Shown here: positions 30,001 to 37,113 of the stretch, one piece after another
Numbering within the stretch: position 1 is the stretch's first letter
How the letters are laid out: the number at the start of each line of letters is the position of its first letter
Origin: a virus
Virus record (IMG/VR): IMGVR_UViG_3300032308_002246
Location: 64,001 to 128,000 of that record
Length of the DNA: 64,000 nucleotides
Reading direction: 5' to 3' (one strand)
Position numbers and translations under genes: made by a program
The notes under the pieces: model-generated
The model's input: only the letters and a program-made list of their open reading frames with translations
What the model was told of the DNA's origin: nothing
Database searches by the model: none

Positions 30001-30657
30001 CTTTAGATTTGCTCCTTCTGTTCTCTTGAAATGAGCACGACCGGCTGCGGTTAAACCGCCCTTTGGGTCTCTTAGCGGCTGACGTTTTACATCTATCCCA
30101 TCTTTGTTTTCGTTAACAGCTTCATCCGATTTTATTGAAATAGTGCCGGTCAGCTGGTTTGCTCCATGGAGAACAGGAGAAACTTCGTAAAGCTCAACTT
30201 CTTTTAAGAGATTGGCTTGCTGGGTTGGGTCAAAAACTGCATCAAGAGTTTTGTAGCCTATTGACCACTCCTGCTCAAGACCAAAGAATGACACATTTGC
30301 AAATGCCTCACGGCCTCTTTCGGCTTTGAGGTTAAATTGCACTCTTGCGTAAAGGCCACCTATTCCAGCCTTTCTCATCTTCGCAGGAAGACGAGGGTCA
30401 TTTGGACCAACTTCATAGATTTCTAAAACTTTGCCAATTGGCTCATTCCAATTGTGACCCCATACGACCCGAGGTTTTCTTCTTTTCAGGGAGTTCGTGA
30501 AACATCCTGGAAGGCAAATATCGCCGACGGAGTCCTTGTTGCCAACACCAGCAGCGAAGCACTCGACTATGCCAAGAGCCTCGTCAATATTGAATTGCCC
30601 TGTCAGGGACTTGTATTCGTAGTCAGCTGCTGTTTCGTGTGTGTTAGTCATGGTCAC
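21085..30657 (-). CDS. HK97-family prohead protease fused to a ~3000-aa multidomain extension (DUF6321-like, several sigma-r4-like HTH, two WYL-like domains)
   Basis: First ~175 aa: DSVGD...WGHNWNEPIG (His), WSIGY (Ser), LYEVSPV..GAN; sits directly downstream of the portal gene; DPKGGLTAAGR..RRKGSFLTRF is DUF6321-like. Confidence 0.9.
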   Translation of the reverse strand: MTMTNTHETAADYEYKSLTGQFNIDEALGIVECFAAGVGNKDSVGDICLPGCFTNSLKRRKPRVVWGHNWNEPIGKVLEIYEVGPNDPRLPAKMRKAGIGGLYARVQFNLKAERGREAFANVSFFGLEQEWSIGYKTLDAVFDPTQQANLLKEVELYEVSPVLHGANQLTGTISIKSDEAVNENKDGIDVKRQPLRDPKGGLTAAGRAHFKRTEGANLKPGVKGPADTPEKMRRKGSFLTRFFTNPSGPMKKPNGEPTRLALSAAAWGEPVPKNMEDAAKLAAKGRRLLERYSNTKKKDDSESSETKNHVSAIYEAMNSSENSVVGRAADLTRALASHFGGAVRLVNADNDIAIFEMGAGQAVETLRVAYHFDGDEFMFGTAQQVKPETVYIPTNNSNGSRIGDSGTPSAMVISMPQTNGSLYDAMSSAAVPHEACCDDCAKGETLCSVPNHLSTLEEFKSANRGEHLFLEPEDNAEKIEAFEIINTIAEYHSFDVKVLENGIVIPDIDKVSVAAYKALSNVLDSFEQKAIGNAIGRTPRNMNAFTARNADNDLYVLEGIPTINRGRGVVDPTPGSDFDIPKAPRSRGKRGVSKPRRAKRPGEADMPAVPRPVEVPEEIPEVQPAKPAIKPARPATVPERKPERVPERVPQREPQRVPERVPQREPERVPVPTRTPVPQRVPQRASSGPVGRMADGRRFPQDQRPVDMDTAEKVFNEFNTVSKDKNTKRAYEQVARKFKISPRTVERYINEMGRRNNRDLPYVMRPEEAGVIDVDSPRGAMSSLPNDSILTAREKRLLREEKLGRQIFLARENDGISLEEAASRFKVSRQKARQLELRHMSKLRGMDENSPNRVTRRMLDDPASTLTDEQTDLMKRRLDGETLQEAAARLGTDRQTVRRQEQIAMRKLQDSMVIDNGPVGSMANAKWTESIRAAESVDDLKGQDRTLKDKPFSRIFYSAPVGRMSTGDSFVDFDGFDESFDSIDDGEDGVVFDRGDGSPASRIERPRIRVSPPTTSAETPTERPRIRVSPPESSPERPRLRGTGLTTETPAERPRLRGTAITPGAPTERPRLRGTGLDAAPSPERPRLSGLELTPETDTIAGYPRGSDEANNALADSLQRAMIDELTKEDIDLLDSIDTAEEMRKISSIAGRKIKEEIPKLSDESLLKNLQKFDKYVVEIKDDIMDALERKKIARIERDLEKVSELQEEINYAVALTNLGEDTLEEVRKEIAKRGLGSGPVGRMSSYERALPDGFASEVFDSTGRKKSYLKQNDSDDAELDEYLPNIINSFLSNFSVTGEPYSGINAPDGPSGAVKAINRIISNDNNEESSYPEKLMRNVYSSFGNSSIEQIAKDNDISRNDVVKIVKAQATILSATETPERSEMRYLMREHGYLLDGTDRDIMSQKLYGATNADIAKDFNLRIDDVDSRLTKSLRTLRKADGSTSKPPSVSNTRYGVDDEGFFVEADASDGSLYRKYIGKTELDNEINEYLSDGPIGAMAIRQNKKVRIYANADDGIVEEYDFTEDLADGVPMQEKPYLRRVRGFNQPELHEMLGRKLLAEDGGYNYMVVDTPEYSFVTQTEAQAMARAAERGMFLDDEMFPQGLFLNSDGTEELRPIPIQTSPREGLRVVSWNDRAGYDGEPSYFRLGGTVFATSDMSESWDEDERNAKRVARNKKLRRLESGPDEKFWTMDSWKWRFQGSDDLSVTKSPNTPDFGPSVIEKIHTLRNSPDFDALRATVNSKDKKDLTGPEKNYSVLSDMYYQYAKNGGLSDRQWSYASSLIDKFESGDGGYTLAPGEEAVLKVNKETGELLGADPEDAKRLVNAARMLEQDDAEIEKILYRYDIDGGLMPEQWDRLRNLTKQRMAENRAARQTGQTSTRPSSPTVGVSEPAIDKSEVEDDGKFVSTYVNKLTGEITKYQHKNVGSNSTGPVFLVAEDDNGNLVKWNHPVAGDLFSYEDWPQEELGEIFDETTEKIRTQRGRHPATDGVFISAKPWEIEADIRTKAGETVTAQEIKAEYEKLGLYGLGSDSSAPVIETDTEIILGKNFTESDIKKAVNDASDSGLGISFEYLKPDADRPEKRTVTEPRYEERFGRDGELLGAYIVGIDEKDGKEKNFRTDRMYGRKSEKPKPEAEAQDETGQRRPRREPRGERRPRNESTSRPTEEDSGNRRPREEQPGQQERTPPREEQARPKERQTERQKRTADIVAQTTALRRGARDRTLFISLDDNQGTVANTLATADRDVIDAEFPYGNKVYAVELVKFVKNADGNVSLHATDKADGQRKIFDPYMIAVRSTAEPIPTSLPYSLDELSRRIGGDRRSFAVSSASDIAAYNRAKEKLARASRQNQINSFDTGPVGSLGLNAARVPNYSPTEFWKPNKHDSTYASMPNAQRKAESQRLLSRILNSANRNDSQLNDVLDRYAALERIMKTANGPYVDEFGVSITRLENGEYEISGTMPFDPEMNSSPFGKMGRYVRPRDTEERKIDDSYNIQIYNELTDLLSSVPEGQAIAQLAQRHSTSQQNIRRRLNVVDRERANEIRSLDAVDEIISQLESGDITFDELEMRIDSDMSPRQLIKNIDYAYREMNLSYDDFGPIGAMSGKNVSDMSDDELVSAWNDAMEKLFGSYGRPHRKDRAAKSAIMKELKSVGREIQRRYFDSEDAQAAIREIQQNPPQGPVGLMSSGSMPENPISGSRHVDRRLYEVYGDDNWKIVAEQIGKRFSTIEDRDWENPTDDDLIDIHHYLTQRIFDSQMSGDEMGEMDGMPYDILSVAGDLDISANQVVDYSKKGKEILEARMAALMTPFERAERMIQNDRRKTFERLIARRRAELGDGFSDWFQSATERNKNILYDANGNERSVEEIDDLGGPYAGYFSYGQETTEPDIDVDTAREIEELNKLFNSPPYGSDGGDGGPVGAMGRRFVPQRYDIKPTQDGKWVIIDTANRNVTASRPFDSRLEALSGAKRMDRNDRTFNPFAPSRVSSQNPPQRQEQPQNPIIESGVFENEQPELPFDDGPAGEMRRIPGSRYVSNDPVRRNGARVTKGNAEAAIREYEEGDAVLPYGGAEEASEYMLFSGWTASDAALDTIIGRLEYLSRMRTHAGDARDKKKAEVRKLVSYLPKLQKRRNWFYLQLRRQMLENRDVDGVSQIDAMEKTRSGVSLEDPTRLYSSNFPRYNIPGITVPRDRG
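27390..27650 (-). repeat. Tandem coding repeats ERPRIRVSPP / ERPRLRGT (about 6 copies)
   Basis: Visible in both the protein and the DNA (ggtggagaaactcttattcttggtcttt occurs twice). Confidence 0.8.
28600..28750 (-). repeat. PERVPQRE low-complexity coding repeats
   Basis: PERKPERVPERVPQREPQRVPERVPQREPERVP in the protein. Confidence 0.8.
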
Positions 30658-30710
30658 CTAGTTATCAATGATAAACGAGTCGTATCTGTTTTTGTGAAGC
30701 TATTTGGTTT

Positions 30711-30742
30711 GTTTATATAAACTTAGTTGAATTTATATAAAC
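30711..30742. promoter_or_regulatory. Tandem AT-rich palindromes (GTTTATATAAAC and ATTTATATAAAC) upstream of the protease gene; candidate operator
   Basis: Perfect 12-bp palindrome at 30711-30722 and a near copy at 30731-30742, 20 bp apart. Confidence 0.45.
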
Positions 30743-32985
30743 TAGTCTTTATCAAACCTCAACCTACACCTGCAATTGATTGTTAGGTGCGGTGGGGCAA
30801 ATGGGTCTCCAGGGAATCTGAGCAAGTTGCCACCCATATCAAACGCTTCTAAAACACCAACTGACTTGCCATGTAAACCGGCATGTTCTGGTCTAACTTT
30901 CGGGTCTTTTTCTGTAATCCATGTCTTTGTCATTGCGCCAATTGAACGCCCAGACAAATAGGTTCCTGCGTTGTATGCGGTTTGACCTTCATGCTCGGCG
31001 ATAAGTCTTTTGCGCTTCATCAAAAGATTTATAAAAATTGCTACAAGAGCAGCCTTGAGCATTCCAACTTTGTCTTCCCCGTCGGACATTGATGATGCAA
31101 CAAGAACGGCTGCGGCAACTTCTGCAGCCGTGGTGGAGTTCACATTCTCCATTCGCTCCATCTGTGAATCAAGATGCTCTTTTACCGCATCCTCATCCAT
31201 CTCCGCCTGCATTGATGCTTCCTGAGAAACGACACTTGATGCGTCGTTCATTATTCCGCTGAGAATTGGTCTTATGTCCTCATTGAGTTGCTTGTTCCAT
31301 ACAGCGATGTCAAATATCGCCTCTGGGTCAAGTGACTTTGATTCAATATTCTTTCTTGCTTTGCTTCCAGCAGCTTTTTCCATGATTACTCTCTGCTGTC
31401 TTTCAAAGAATCTTTCAAGTGATGCATCAAGTATTTCAATCCATCTATCAGATGACTCCTCCGCCTTTGAATCCCACTCGTCGGATATATAGGAGCTAGC
31501 CCCTTCGGCTTTTGTTTGTGGCCCACCCATTGCTGTTGCTTGTTGAGCGGCGATTGCTTCTGCAGTCAAAGCCGCAGTCATACCTTCGCCTGGGCCACCT
31601 TGAGGAGCTACTTGAGGACCAAATCCGGGAACTGGCATTTCTTGTGGAGTTGCAGTTGCTCCAGGTGTTGGAGGCATTCCGGGAACTGGTGGCATTCCAG
31701 GAACTGGAGCACCGCCACCCATCATGTCAAGTTGTCCTTGTTGTGCAGGTTCAAACTTTTTGTTTGTGTATCCGATTGGTGTCAAGTTTGGATTAGCAAG
31801 CATTGCGTCCATTAGTTCGGAGTCAATCTTTCCGCGCCCAGCACCTTCTCTATATTCGTTTCCACTTATTAAACCACTCTGGTATTCGTTTAACAAATAT
31901 CTATCTCGTTCTTGCTTGTAGAGAACTAGAACAGGAACATCGGTAACGTCAAAGTCAACATAGTATTTTGAATGAAGTTCGTCTAATCCACGGGCCAGAG
32001 TTTCTAGATGCGGGAGCATCGTCTCATTCCAGAAAACCTTATGCTCTTCTGCTGCGTTGCTAAAAGTTCTTCCTGAAGCATTACCAATAACGGATTCCGG
32101 AACGCCAAAAGCAGCAAGTATTTCTTCTTTTTGTATTTGACGCATTTGCACATAGTTTGCATCTCGTGGTGATTGACCTGTATCAACAAAGTCAACACCT
32201 TCGTCAGAAGAAACAACAGTCACAGCACCAGCCCTGTTTATGTTCCCTCTAAAACGACTTCTCAATTCATCTTTATCATCATCGTCAATTTCTCCTCTAA
32301 CAACAAGGAGGCCGCCTGGTCTTCCGTCATTGAGCAAGAAGTTTCTGTTGTAAATCTTTGACAAGTTTTCAATTTCTATAGCAATACCAGCAGCTTCCAT
32401 TGGGGTTAATGAAAGGTATGGGTCTAGAGGGTGTGGCTTTCTAATCCAAACAACATCTTCTGGTTTTAGAATTACTTTTGTTCCGTTGCGCATATCAACC
32501 TCAAAACCGGAAACAAATTTTCTTGGGTCTGGTATTGGCGCAGTGTGTTGTGGTGGCAAAAGCTGAAGAGCAATCAGCTGACCATCTCTGCCTCTTACTT
32601 TTTCAATGAATGCACCACGAGAAGACATGAGCAGTTGCGAAGAGAGTCTGTACCTAAAAACAAAAGAGTTTTCACCCATGTTTGATTTAGTGTTTAGTAG
32701 GTTGAGAATGCTCTCATCTGACTCTCGAATAATTTTTCCAGTCGGGCTATTGTTTTCACGCAAGATGGCTGGGAGTCTTGATTGGTTTCCTGCAATTGCG
32801 TCAATGCACCTATTGACCCAAGTAACCTTTTGAAAACCCTCGCGGTAAGCTCTTTCTATATCCCAAGAGTCTCTGTATGGCTTTCCAGCCATTGAAGGGT
32901 TGAACGCAACCGGTGCTCCTGGTCCAAGCGCAGACTTCTGCTGTGACTGGTTAATAGACTTATTTTGCGACGAATTCCAAGCCAT
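30742..32985 (-). CDS. HK97-family portal protein fused to a C-terminal MuF (gpF-like head morphogenesis) domain
   Basis: Portal motifs (WVNRCIDAIA, NFLLNDGRPGG, EILAAFGVP, ISGNEYR); C-terminal KTWITEKDPKVRPEH...LRFPGDP...INCRC. Confidence 0.92.
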   Translation of the reverse strand: MAWNSSQNKSINQSQQKSALGPGAPVAFNPSMAGKPYRDSWDIERAYREGFQKVTWVNRCIDAIAGNQSRLPAILRENNSPTGKIIRESDESILNLLNTKSNMGENSFVFRYRLSSQLLMSSRGAFIEKVRGRDGQLIALQLLPPQHTAPIPDPRKFVSGFEVDMRNGTKVILKPEDVVWIRKPHPLDPYLSLTPMEAAGIAIEIENLSKIYNRNFLLNDGRPGGLLVVRGEIDDDDKDELRSRFRGNINRAGAVTVVSSDEGVDFVDTGQSPRDANYVQMRQIQKEEILAAFGVPESVIGNASGRTFSNAAEEHKVFWNETMLPHLETLARGLDELHSKYYVDFDVTDVPVLVLYKQERDRYLLNEYQSGLISGNEYREGAGRGKIDSELMDAMLANPNLTPIGYTNKKFEPAQQGQLDMMGGGAPVPGMPPVPGMPPTPGATATPQEMPVPGFGPQVAPQGGPGEGMTAALTAEAIAAQQATAMGGPQTKAEGASSYISDEWDSKAEESSDRWIEILDASLERFFERQQRVIMEKAAGSKARKNIESKSLDPEAIFDIAVWNKQLNEDIRPILSGIMNDASSVVSQEASMQAEMDEDAVKEHLDSQMERMENVNSTTAAEVAAAVLVASSMSDGEDKVGMLKAALVAIFINLLMKRKRLIAEHEGQTAYNAGTYLSGRSIGAMTKTWITEKDPKVRPEHAGLHGKSVGVLEAFDMGGNLLRFPGDPFAPPHLTINCRCRLRFDKD

Positions 32986-32994
32986 TATGTACTT

Positions 32995-33216
32995 TTACTC
33001 CATCCCAAGTAATATTCCGACTGCACCGCACGCAACACCAAAAGCAATAAAACCAGCTGGTGGAGATATCAAAAATGTTCCGATGCTCACAAATAGTATA
33101 AATGAAGCAATCAATATGTTGGCGATGGTATTCCTCCGGGTCATTTTTGAAAGAAATCTGCCTATTGCTTTTATCATTTTTTTGAACTTTGTTTCGCTAG
33201 GATTATCTTGTGCCAC
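32995..33216 (-). CDS. Small membrane protein upstream of portal
   Basis: Two hydrophobic segments; a usual position in head operons. Confidence 0.7.
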   Translation of the reverse strand: MAQDNPSETKFKKMIKAIGRFLSKMTRRNTIANILIASFILFVSIGTFLISPPAGFIAFGVACGAVGILLGME

Positions 33217-33250
33217 AGTAATCTAAACTTAGCACGACTAATCGATTTGG

Positions 33251-34561
33251 ATGACAATGACTAACTGGCAAAAAGTTTTAGAATACCTAGAACCAAGAAA
33301 ACCTCATTTTTGCCCTGAAACTCCATCTATTACGCAAAAAGTGTTCCTAAGAACTTATGCACTAGAAGCGTTTTTTGGGGGTGCCGCTGGTGGAGGAAAG
33401 AGTAGTGCTCTGCTAATGGCGGCGATGCAATATGTCGATGTGCCTGGATATTCAGCAATTCTTTTTAGAAGAACCTACGCCGACTTATCACTCCCTGGAG
33501 CTTTGATGGACCGTTTCAAGTCCTGGGTTGGCGGGGTGGAGGAGATAAGTTGGAACAACAACACATATGTCGCCACATTCCCATCCGGCGCAAGAATCTC
33601 ATTCGGCTATCTAAACAACACCAATGACTATCTGAGATACAAAGGTTCTGAGTTCCAGTTCATCGGGATGGACGAGGTTACGGAAATACGTGAGTCTGAT
33701 TACAGGTATTTGTTCTCCCGACTCAGAAGACCAAAAAGTGGTGAGCTTTCAAAGGTTCCATTGAGAATGCGTTCTGCTTCAAACCCTGCCCCCAACTGGG
33801 TTAGGCAGAGATTCATTGTTGAAGGCGTAGAAACTGGAAGAATTTTTGTTCCATCCCTCCTTACCGACAACCCAGGAATTGACCCAGAGTCATATCGGCA
33901 GGCACTTGCAGCCCTGGACCCAATTGAGAGAAGAAGACTAGAAGAGGGTGACTGGTGGGCAACGACTCTGGGAAGCCTTTTTGACAGAACCTCATTTGTG
34001 ATAATTGACCAGTCGGAAGTTCCCCCAGTTGGCGGAAACGCTAGGGCGGTGAGGTTTTGGGACCTTGCAGCAACAGAGCCTTCTGGAAATAATCCAAATC
34101 CTGACTGGACGGTAGGAACATTAGTCCTATACGACTCTGGGGTTGCCTATGTCCTAGATGTCAAAAAAGCAAGAGTCAAGGGCGACAAGGTCGAGCAACT
34201 AATAGCCCAGACTGCTTCAGAAGATGGGCCAAATGTCTCGGTCAGAATGGAGCAAGAACCTGGCTCTTCCGGCAAGGCGCTGGTAGACCAATACGCACGA
34301 TACATACTTCCTGGCTATGACTTCATGGGAATTCGCTCAACTGGTGACAAACTCACAAGAGCTAGACCGTTTGCGGCAGCCGTAGCTAACGGCAATGTTC
34401 GGGTTGTTCGTGGTCCATGGCTGAGTGATTGGCTTGATGAAATGTCATCTTTCCCTGAAGCCTGCGACCATGATGACCAAGTTGACTCTGCCGTTGGAGC
34501 TTTTACATTTTTAGCTGGTTTGGGCTTGCCTTATCGTCGCCCAACCAGTATCATCATCTGA
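33251..34561 (+). CDS. terL: Terminase large subunit
   Basis: Walker A GGAAGGGKS, Walker B FIGMDE, ASNP coupling motif, nuclease RFWDLA and HDDQVD. Confidence 0.95.
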   Translation: MTMTNWQKVLEYLEPRKPHFCPETPSITQKVFLRTYALEAFFGGAAGGGKSSALLMAAMQYVDVPGYSAILFRRTYADLSLPGALMDRFKSWVGGVEEISWNNNTYVATFPSGARISFGYLNNTNDYLRYKGSEFQFIGMDEVTEIRESDYRYLFSRLRRPKSGELSKVPLRMRSASNPAPNWVRQRFIVEGVETGRIFVPSLLTDNPGIDPESYRQALAALDPIERRRLEEGDWWATTLGSLFDRTSFVIIDQSEVPPVGGNARAVRFWDLAATEPSGNNPNPDWTVGTLVLYDSGVAYVLDVKKARVKGDKVEQLIAQTASEDGPNVSVRMEQEPGSSGKALVDQYARYILPGYDFMGIRSTGDKLTRARPFAAAVANGNVRVVRGPWLSDWLDEMSSFPEACDHDDQVDSAVGAFTFLAGLGLPYRRPTSIII

Positions 34562-34592
34562 CACCAACCAAACCCCTATTAAAAGAGGAAAA

Positions 34593-35117
34593 ATGAATAC
34601 TGAAGTTATTTTTGATGCAGAAAAGTTTGCTGTGCAGATTGCAGAAATATCCAAACAGCTCATGGATGCAGATAAGACTTTTTCTGCAGCTAGGGAGCAA
34701 GATGTTGACATTGAGGAACTCTGCGAATCGCTTTCTACACTTAACTTCTTGAAGCAAGAACTTGCCTCTGTTTACGACACAGCGGCAAAGATAGTTGCTG
34801 ACAAGATGGGCTCACTCCCAATTGTTTCGCTATCAAATGGCACGACTATTGAGAAGAAGTCAGGAAGCGATAGGAAGTCATGGGACCATGACGCACTGGC
34901 TTCAATCGTCACACGGCGGTTGGTTGAAATGTCGACCGACTTGGACACCGGAGAAATGAAATCAAGCATTGACGACATTGCCTCGCAACTGCTACGTTTT
35001 GTCCAGCCGTCGTACTGGCGCATAAAAGAGCTTTCAAAAATTGGTGTTAACGCAGACAATTACTGCCAGGTTTCAGACGAAGTAAAAACAAGCATAATAA
35101 TCCGAAAGGCAAAATGA
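34593..35117 (+). CDS. Hypothetical protein
   Basis: GAGG RBS; ATGA overlap with the next gene. Confidence 0.75.
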   Translation: MNTEVIFDAEKFAVQIAEISKQLMDADKTFSAAREQDVDIEELCESLSTLNFLKQELASVYDTAAKIVADKMGSLPIVSLSNGTTIEKKSGSDRKSWDHDALASIVTRRLVEMSTDLDTGEMKSSIDDIASQLLRFVQPSYWRIKELSKIGVNADNYCQVSDEVKTSIIIRKAK

Positions 35118-35782
35118 TGAGCAACGAAATTTATCAACTTCTCTCAGAGCAGTTCCCGCAGGAAATGGAGCGCACCCTAAACAAGGGTGGGGCTTCTTTG
35201 ACATACATCCCAGTTAGCGAAGTTGTTAACAGGATGAACAAGGTCATTGGTGTTGGGAAGTGGTCGCTAAAAGTTCAAAGCTTTGTTGAAATTGGAGACT
35301 CAATCGTTGCGCATGTAACGGTTATTGCTTCAATTGATGGCAACGAGGTCACCCGTGATGGAGTTGGTGGCCAGAAAATCAAACGCGTAAAGGCGACTGG
35401 GGTTGCTGTTGATTATGGCGACGAGGTAAAAGGCGCAGTCTCTGATGCCTTCAAGAAAGCAGTTCAGACATTTGGAATCGGTTTGTACCTTGCTCGAAGC
35501 GAAGACGCAATAGAAATTGAACAGGTAATGGACGCTGAAGTTTCACGCCCTGTTGAACCCGTTGATGCCGAGAAGCTTGAGATGTGGAACACATTCATGT
35601 CTGCAACAAAGAAGATGACCCCAGAACAAAAAGCAACGCTTCGCAAGGAGTGGGAGACATACAGCAATAACGCTCCTGTGCCAAGCAATGCAACCAGTCT
35701 CTCAAACGAGCAGATGGTTTTTCTTCTTGAGACGGTTGTGAAGATTGAGTTCAATGCAGAGTCGCAATCAGGCGCGCAGTGA
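35114..35782 (+). CDS. Rad52/Rad22-family single-strand annealing protein
   Basis: LTYIPVSEVVNRMNKVIG...KGAVSDAFKKAVQTFGIGLYL. Confidence 0.88.
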   Translation: MMSNEIYQLLSEQFPQEMERTLNKGGASLTYIPVSEVVNRMNKVIGVGKWSLKVQSFVEIGDSIVAHVTVIASIDGNEVTRDGVGGQKIKRVKATGVAVDYGDEVKGAVSDAFKKAVQTFGIGLYLARSEDAIEIEQVMDAEVSRPVEPVDAEKLEMWNTFMSATKKMTPEQKATLRKEWETYSNNAPVPSNATSLSNEQMVFLLETVVKIEFNAESQSGAQ

Positions 35783-36564
35783 TAGTCGCCTCTGAACTGC
35801 CATACGAGCTTCCCCCGTATCTTTCACCGTCTTCAATATCAACATATGTTCAATGCCCCTTAAAGTACAAATACTCTAGGGTCAATAAGCTTTCAGAGCC
35901 TCCTACTGAGGCAACGCTGATGGGCAACTTTGTTCACGATGTTCTTGAGTATTTCTATCTAAACATTGAACCAGCAGATAGGACTATTGCTTCGTTAAAA
36001 AACGTTAGCTCATCTATCTGGGCTAGTGGAGAGTGGGCGGAAAAAGTAATTCCGTTCATCAAAGACGGACTCAATACTTTTAGGTGGAATTCTTGGTGGT
36101 GCCTTGAGAATATTTTTAAAGTTGAATCTCCAGTGGATGTTGTTCCGGCTGGAGTAGAAACTGAACTGAATGGCAGTATTGGTGGTTTCCAAATCAAGGG
36201 ATACATTGACAGGTGGTCCACACTGGATGGCAAAACAACAATCTCTGATTACAAAACTGGAAAGACCCCAAAAGCCAGGTATGTTGGTGACAAATTTACT
36301 CAGCTGCTTATTTATGCAATCGTTTTGGCCGATACAAAAGATGTTGAGATAGACCTAATTGAGCTTTTGTATCTAAAAGACGGAACTAAGTTTTCTAAAA
36401 AGTACACATCGGAAGACGCTAGCGATGTTTCAAAAATGGTTGAAAATGTGGGTAGTCAGATAGCTGTTTCATTTGAAACGAATCACTGGGAGGCTATTCC
36501 GGCTGTTTTGTGTAATTGGTGTTATTTCAAAAAAGATATGTGTGAGTACTGGAACAATAAATAA
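35779..36564 (+). CDS. PD-(D/E)XK RecB/Cas4-like exonuclease with Fe-S Cys motif
   Basis: LSPSSI..Y.QCP, GYIDR, DYKTG, QLLIY, CNWCYFKKDMC. Confidence 0.9.
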   Translation: MIVASELPYELPPYLSPSSISTYVQCPLKYKYSRVNKLSEPPTEATLMGNFVHDVLEYFYLNIEPADRTIASLKNVSSSIWASGEWAEKVIPFIKDGLNTFRWNSWWCLENIFKVESPVDVVPAGVETELNGSIGGFQIKGYIDRWSTLDGKTTISDYKTGKTPKARYVGDKFTQLLIYAIVLADTKDVEIDLIELLYLKDGTKFSKKYTSEDASDVSKMVENVGSQIAVSFETNHWEAIPAVLCNWCYFKKDMCEYWNNK

Positions 36565-36573
36565 GGAGATTAA

Positions 36574-37113
36574 ATGAGTACCGTCCATTACACGATGAGT
36601 GATGATGCTTTTGCACACTTGGTTGCTCAGGACATTAAGAATAAAGTTAACGATAAGCAGCGTGAGTTTCTGCGTGAATCGCAAAATGTAAACCGTTGGG
36701 CTAGGTGCCTAGATGCACTTCTGCTGAATCTCAATGAGCAAATAGAGGACATTGAAAGCGATATAGAGTCAGATACTGAGCAGTATTCTGCTCTTGGCGA
36801 AGACGGAACCGCTCTTCTTGCAGAGGCAATGCACCATTACCTTGGACAAAAACGCAAGATTGAAAAGTTCAAGGGCTATGTGTCACGGAAGATAAAAGAA
36901 GTAGCAGAGCTTGTTGCAATGCTTGAAAACGGAGTTTCGTCAGAAGACGACATCTTGGTTATGTGCAGGCAAGCAATCATCAGGCACCGGAAAGAGCTAA
37001 ACGACAACGACATTGAACCGACTCCATACGACGAAGCTCTGTGGGAAGTTTTGAATGGACGATGGAACTTTGAAGAAATTGAGTATGACGGAGCGAACCT
37101 AATTGAGATATAG
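36574..37113 (+). CDS. Hypothetical coiled-coil protein
   Basis: AAGGAG RBS; co-oriented. Confidence 0.75.
   Translation: MSTVHYTMSDDAFAHLVAQDIKNKVNDKQREFLRESQNVNRWARCLDALLLNLNEQIEDIESDIESDTEQYSALGEDGTALLAEAMHHYLGQKRKIEKFKGYVSRKIKEVAELVAMLENGVSSEDDILVMCRQAIIRHRKELNDNDIEPTPYDEALWEVLNGRWNFEEIEYDGANLIEI

Noticed and set aside
618-33226. Many short plus-strand ORFs across the head arm
   Set aside because: They are antisense shadows of long minus-strand genes, with no recognisable motifs.
33251-34561. Intein or intron in terL
   Set aside because: The gene is a compact 436 aa with contiguous motifs and no splice signatures.
35779-36564. Cas4 as part of a CRISPR-Cas system
   Set aside because: No other cas genes or array; adjacency to a Rad52-like gene indicates a recombination exonuclease.
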